Translations under genes and position numbers: made by a program
Notes under the pieces: model-generated
Told to the model about the DNA's origin: nothing
Databases searched by the model: none
What the model saw: the letters and a program-made list of their open reading frames with translations, nothing else
NCBI GenBank assembly: GCA_963422205.2
Contig: CAXMWX010000009.1
Location: 224,001-288,000, forward strand
DNA: 64,000 nucleotides
Reading direction: 5' to 3'
DNA from: Gammaproteobacteria bacterium
GTDB taxonomy: Bacteria; Pseudomonadota; Gammaproteobacteria; Eutrophobiales; Eutrophobiaceae
Shown: in pieces, positions 59,587 through 64,000 of the stretch
How the letters are laid out: every line of letters starts with the position of its first letter
Numbering within the stretch: position 1 is the stretch's first letter

Positions 59587-60138
59587 ATGATGACTGTTGA
59601 AACAGGCGAGCGGTTAAAGCAGATCCGAACGGCATTGGGGATGTCACAACGGCAACTGGCCAGGTGCAGCGGGGTGGCGAATGCGACCATATCACAGCTT
59701 GAAGCCGGTAATCTCAACCCGACAGTGGGTATGCTGAAAAAAATTCTCGATGGTGTGCCGATCAGCATGAGTGAATTTTTTGCTGATGAGTTGGTGCTGG
59801 AAGAGAAGGTATTTTTTGCCGCCGATGAGTTGATCGATATTGGCCGGGGCGGGGTTTCCTATCGTCAGGTCGGTGCGAACTTAAATCAAAAGGCGATTCA
59901 ATTACTGCATGAGAACTACAGGCCGGGTGCTTCTACCGGCAAGCACCGCCTTACCCATGAGGGAGAGGAGTGTGGCATTATCTTAAAAGGTTGCCTGGAG
60001 GTGACAGTTGGTGAGCAAAAAAAACGGCTAACGGCGGGCGATGCCTATTATTTCAAAAGCACGCAGCCGCATCACTTCAAGAACCCGGGCCGAGTGCCCT
60101 GTGAGTTGATCACGGCTTGTACACCGCCGAGTTTTTAG
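59587..60138 (+). CDS. XRE-HTH plus cupin regulator (PuuR-like)
   Basis: SQRQLARCSGVANATISQLE, HEGEECG, GDAYYF.S.QPH.F.N. Confidence 0.88.
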   Translation: MMTVETGERLKQIRTALGMSQRQLARCSGVANATISQLEAGNLNPTVGMLKKILDGVPISMSEFFADELVLEEKVFFAADELIDIGRGGVSYRQVGANLNQKAIQLLHENYRPGASTGKHRLTHEGEECGIILKGCLEVTVGEQKKRLTAGDAYYFKSTQPHHFKNPGRVPCELITACTPPSF

Positions 60139-60525
60139 TCGGCTTGTGGTTATCATGCGACAGGCAATGGCTTTTGATCAGATCACTATCTCTTCTACGA
60201 TGCGGGGTAAGCTATGCCAACTCTCCCATGTAACATGGGCTGGATGAGGTTCTACAATGGGGAACGCCCTGATGATCCGATGACAGGCTGGTAATCGTTA
60301 CCTGTTCTTTAAGCGATGATCCAATCGTGTCCCGGTGCCTGTTTTCAAAAGAGCAGAATGCCTGGATTGTTGAAGAGACAAATGGTATTCGCGTTGCTAT
60401 TGAAAAGAAGACGGCAGCGGCAGTCAGGCCGGAGGTAGTTAGACTGAAAACTTGAATTCATGCTGGCAATTAAGAGGTATCATTTGCTGTGGGCTATCGC
60501 AGCCAGCAGACGTTTTTATCGTACT

Positions 60526-60879
60526 TCACGGGGCCTTATCCAGCCCCTGTTCCCGAACATCAGAGCAATATACACTTGCCCTGGAGAAGATACCGCCATC
60601 AATGCACATCTGTCGGAACTGATCCTTGCAGCGTTGATAGGCCAGGTTCCAGCCAAGCCGATAGTCCTCATCTTGCTGCATGCGTGCTGCATCGTGTCTA
60701 AAGCGGTTAAACAGCGAACCACCAGAGACATAACCACTGTGGCAACCATCAGAATAGCCGTCTTTATAGGCCGGGCTTTCGCCAATCGTCGGGCGCATAT
60801 CAGGTTGCAATGCCGGGCTGATACAGCCAGCAATGGCTGTGGTCAGGGCGAGGGTTATCAATCTTACTATCGTATTCAC
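60526..60879 (-). CDS. Small lipoprotein, unknown function
   Basis: Lipobox IAGC, YKDGYSDGC.SG. Overlaps the cysQ stop. Confidence 0.7.
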   Translation of the reverse strand: MNTIVRLITLALTTAIAGCISPALQPDMRPTIGESPAYKDGYSDGCHSGYVSGGSLFNRFRHDAARMQQDEDYRLGWNLAYQRCKDQFRQMCIDGGIFSRASVYCSDVREQGLDKAP

Positions 60880-61676
60880 AGGCTGTTAAGATAGGGTTGC
60901 CAGTCGAAGTGCTTATCACCGATCACCATGAATTCCGGGTTCAACAAAGAGGCCGTGTCGTTATAACAAAGCGGTTGGTCGTGCATGTCAAGCACCGCCC
61001 CGCCGGCTTCATTGACGATACAATGGGCCGCGGCGGTATCCCACTCGGACGTTAAGCCAAAACGGAGATAGACATCCGCACTGCCCTCGGCTACCAGGCA
61101 GAATTTCAATGAACTGCCGATGGCGATCATCGTGCTTTGCTGGCCTAAAGATTTGATGAATGCCTGCTGTTTTTTATTCCCATGGGAGCGGCTGCCACAC
61201 ACAGCAATATGGTTCATATCGGTTTTCCGGGTTTGAATTGCTGAAGTGCTCGTCCCGGTTATTTTATAAGCCCCATGATCCCGGCTGGCGTAATAACACA
61301 CATTGCCCACCGGTACATACACCACGCCTATGACCGGCAGATGATCTTCTATCAGGGCGATATTGACCGTAAACTCTCCATTGCGCTTGATGAACTCTCT
61401 GGTACCATCGAGCGGGTCGATTAACCAGTATTGCCGCCAATGCTTTCTCTTATCCCACGGCGGAATGGTGGACTCTTCGGATAAAATCGGCAGGTTCGGT
61501 GTCAGTGCGGTTAAGCCTTTTGTTATGGTTTGATGGGCGATAAGATCGGCCTGTGTGAGCGGCGAGTTATCCTTTTTGTTATTTACAGTAAAATCAGACT
61601 CATAGATAGTCAGGATCGCCCTGGCCGCCGCTCTGGCGATCTCAATGACCTGGCGGGTAGTCTCCTCTGGTATCAT
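60876..61676 (-). CDS. cysQ: 3'(2'),5'-bisphosphate nucleotidase CysQ
   Basis: SPLTQAD, WLIDPLDGTREF, GSSLKFCLVAEG, EWDTAA. Confidence 0.93.
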   Translation of the reverse strand: MIPEETTRQVIEIARAAARAILTIYESDFTVNNKKDNSPLTQADLIAHQTITKGLTALTPNLPILSEESTIPPWDKRKHWRQYWLIDPLDGTREFIKRNGEFTVNIALIEDHLPVIGVVYVPVGNVCYYASRDHGAYKITGTSTSAIQTRKTDMNHIAVCGSRSHGNKKQQAFIKSLGQQSTMIAIGSSLKFCLVAEGSADVYLRFGLTSEWDTAAAHCIVNEAGGAVLDMHDQPLCYNDTASLLNPEFMVIGDKHFDWQPYLNSL

Positions 61677-61717
61677 TGTTCTGAACAGGTTATACGTATT
61701 AACAAAGCGAGCATACC

Positions 61718-62365
61718 ATGATTGACTGGGATAACATCAACACCGTCTTGCTGGACATGGATGGTACCTTGTTGGATCTGCATTATGATAATTATTTCTG
61801 GCTGGAATATCTACCTGAAAAATGGGCTGAACAACAGGGCCTGCCTGTGATGCAGGCGAGGGCTGCTCTGCTGGCAAAGGTGAGAAGCAAGCAGGGCAGT
61901 CTGCTGTGGTATTGTGTTGATTACTGGTCGGATGAATTGCAGCTTGACATCATGCAACTGAAGGCGGACATAGAGCACAAGATCAACCCGCGCCCACATG
62001 CTATCGGCTTCCTGCAAAAACTATCCGCACAGGGCAAGGCTCTGGTGATGGTGACCAATGCACATCGCAAATTGATCGCTGTCAAGTTTGCGAAGGTCGG
62101 TATCGGTCGGTATTTTGACCGGGTGATCAGCGCCCATGATCTGGGCTATCCCAAAGAGGAGCAGCGCTTCTGGGAATTATTCAGCGAGCATCACCAATTC
62201 CATACAGAACATACCGTTTTCATTGATGATAATTTTGCCGTGTTGCGTTCAGCCCGGCAATTTGGCCTGAAACATCTGCTGGCGATTGCCCGGCCGGACA
62301 GCCAGGGGCCGTTATTGCAACATGATGAGTTTCATTGTATCGATTCGTTTGATGAATTGATCTAG
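61718..62365 (+). CDS. yrfG: GMP/IMP nucleotidase (HAD)
   Basis: MIDW..INTVLLDMDGTLLDLHYDNYFW, VTNAH, FIDD. Confidence 0.9.
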   Translation: MIDWDNINTVLLDMDGTLLDLHYDNYFWLEYLPEKWAEQQGLPVMQARAALLAKVRSKQGSLLWYCVDYWSDELQLDIMQLKADIEHKINPRPHAIGFLQKLSAQGKALVMVTNAHRKLIAVKFAKVGIGRYFDRVISAHDLGYPKEEQRFWELFSEHHQFHTEHTVFIDDNFAVLRSARQFGLKHLLAIARPDSQGPLLQHDEFHCIDSFDELI

Positions 62366-63051
62366 GTGGTTTTGCAATAGATTAACTCTCTGATGGTATG
62401 GTGCAGCCGAAGCCCGCGGCGCTCAAACCTGGTCGCCGGCCGCCAGTGTGGTCGTGGCGCATAATTCCCCTGCCCGGCCAGATTAATCAGGCCGGGTTCA
62501 CGGTCACACAGCGCCTTTGTATGCTCGGCCAGCCCGGCATCATCTGTGGCGATATAGAGCTGGCCGTGAGCGCAGAGCGTTGGCAGCAGCAGGCGCAAAA
62601 AGCCGGCGTTGAACAGGCGGCGCTTGTGATGTCTTTTTTTCGGCCAGGGATCGGGGAAGTAAACAGTCACTGCTGTGAATGTCCCCGGTGTGATCTGGTG
62701 TTGTAATACCTCAACCACATCGTGCTGGATAATACGCAGGTTGGTTATTTTTCTTGCCTGGATTTGGTTTAGCATATTCCCGACACCGGGGGCATACACT
62801 TCAACGGCCAGAAAATCGTAATGGGGGAAGGTCTCAGCCAGCCGGCAGGTTGCATCGCCCATCCCGGAGCCGATGTCCAGCACTTTGTCGGCAGGGCGCT
62901 TGAATGCGGCATCTAAATCAACCGGCACGGGCGTATAGGGCAGCAGATAGCCCTCGGCATAGTTGGCGAGAGCATGGCCCTGCGCCCGTGTCAGCCGCCC
63001 GGAGCGCAAGACATAACTGCGGATGCGGCATTGCTTGTTTGTATCATTCAC
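62362..63051 (-). CDS. trmB: tRNA (guanine-N7)-methyltransferase
   Basis: IRSYVLRSGRLT, DIGSGMG, YFPDPWPKKRHHKRRL, TRFERRG. GTG start at 63051 chosen. Confidence 0.92.
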   Translation of the reverse strand: MNDTNKQCRIRSYVLRSGRLTRAQGHALANYAEGYLLPYTPVPVDLDAAFKRPADKVLDIGSGMGDATCRLAETFPHYDFLAVEVYAPGVGNMLNQIQARKITNLRIIQHDVVEVLQHQITPGTFTAVTVYFPDPWPKKRHHKRRLFNAGFLRLLLPTLCAHGQLYIATDDAGLAEHTKALCDREPGLINLAGQGNYAPRPHWRPATRFERRGLRLHHTIRELIYCKTT

Positions 63052-63097
63052 GGCGGCGCCAGCGGCAGGCCGGGCATCAGGGAAGTAGCGCAAGCAG

Positions 63098-64000
63098 TCA
63101 GAGCTCGACTGTCAGCCCCTCTCTGGCGATATGGCACTTCATGGAGGAGCGACGATGCTGGATGATTTGTATGGCATGTTCATGGATCTGTTCAATCGCA
63201 TCATCATCATAATGGGGATCATGATGGTATAAATACAATTCCTTCACGCCCGCATCGATAGAGGTATTGACAGTATCCACATAGCAGGAATGCCCCCAGC
63301 CTTTTTTCTTTTCATAATCCTCGCTGGTGTACTGGGCATCGTGGATCAGGATGTCTGCATCTTCCAGCAGTTTTAATTCCATGCCATGTTCTTCTTTTTG
63401 CATCTCGTTATACAGCGTTCTCTCTTCGTCATTTAAGTGTGCAAATTCCTGTTGTACTGATTTTTTCAGATACAGGCATTCGTTGTCAGAGACATACAAT
63501 ACATCCTTGCCAGCCACCGTGATTCTGTAGCCGTAAGTCAGTCCGGGATGGTGAACATTTTTATAGCTGAGAGAGATGGGGCCATGCGTAATGCCGGTGT
63601 TTGTTGGCTCAAGGCAGTTAATGTTGGCCAGCCATGTTTCTGTGCCAACCGGAAAATACGGCGCTCGCATTTGTGCGGATATATGCGTTTCAATGTCTTT
63701 GGCAGAATACCCCGGGCCGAAGAAACGGATATTCCAGTCAGCTGAGAATGCCGGCAAGAAAAAAGGCAGGCCGCAAATATGATCCCAGTGATAGTGCGTT
63801 AGAATGATAAGCAACTCATTGATATCCTGCTCATCCATGATAGACTCACCAAAGGGGATGATACCCGTGCCAGCATCGCATATCAGCACATGCTGCCTGT
63901 CCCTGATCTCCACACAGGAGGTATTGCCGCCCACTTTCAGGTGGGTATCAAACGGGGCGGAATGCGAACCACGCACTCCCCAGAAGCGAAGATAAGATTG
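63098..64000 (-). CDS. MBL-fold metallo-hydrolase (5' end outside the window)
   Basis: FWGVRGS, GGNTSCVE, DAGTG, THYHWDHI.G, HDAQY, WGHS, HHDP. Confidence 0.88.
   Translation of the reverse strand, partial: QSYLRFWGVRGSHSAPFDTHLKVGGNTSCVEIRDRQHVLICDAGTGIIPFGESIMDEQDINELLIILTHYHWDHICGLPFFLPAFSADWNIRFFGPGYSAKDIETHISAQMRAPYFPVGTETWLANINCLEPTNTGITHGPISLSYKNVHHPGLTYGYRITVAGKDVLYVSDNECLYLKKSVQQEFAHLNDEERTLYNEMQKEEHGMELKLLEDADILIHDAQYTSEDYEKKKGWGHSCYVDTVNTSIDAGVKELYLYHHDPHYDDDAIEQIHEHAIQIIQHRRSSMKCHIAREGLTVEL

Noticed and set aside
60140-60460. Possible DUF433/toxin-antitoxin remnant (MAFDQITISSTMRGKLC)
   Set aside because: The similarity is too short and weak to support without a search.

Overview
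This is a bacterial chromosome window, probably from a marine gammaproteobacterium that may be host-associated. It is mostly GC-rich with lower-GC patches. Most of the window is acyl-CoA catabolism: an MFS permease, fadB/J-like, fadE, a crotonase, four acyl-CoA ligases, liuRABCD with two LiuR boxes, and bauA-mmsA. Core genes (cysQ, yrfG, trmB) sit at the right end. Four regions stand out. (1) An island at about 8.2-12.2 kb, bracketed by DUF1640-like remnants, holds two Uma2 nucleases around comEA, a structured palindromic repeat, and a Geobacter-style split type IV pilin (52-aa PilA-N plus an adjacent secreted Cys-containing partner) opposite an XRE regulator. (2) A stand-alone DNA methyltransferase-HNH fusion. 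(3) An uncharacterised catabolic cluster of about 25 kb (28.3-53.7 kb) with GntR, a cyclic amidohydrolase, a LeuCD-like hydratase, a CoA-transferase, an HMG-CoA-lyase-like enzyme, amidohydrolase-2, an adenylate-forming enzyme, a non-canonical nitrilase, an ALDH and two paralogous His-containing membrane proteins. Its promoters share an AT-rich operator, and the enzyme set fits degradation of substituted cyclic imides or pyrroles (inference). (4) Inside that cluster, a block with a Zur-like box, a DUF2946-like CxxC/RDPP leader, a TonB receptor, an ABC system and an M14 hydrolase. Also present are H4MPT-pathway-type ligase genes, an IS1595 remnant and several single-base frameshifts. No rRNA, tRNA or CRISPR array was seen.
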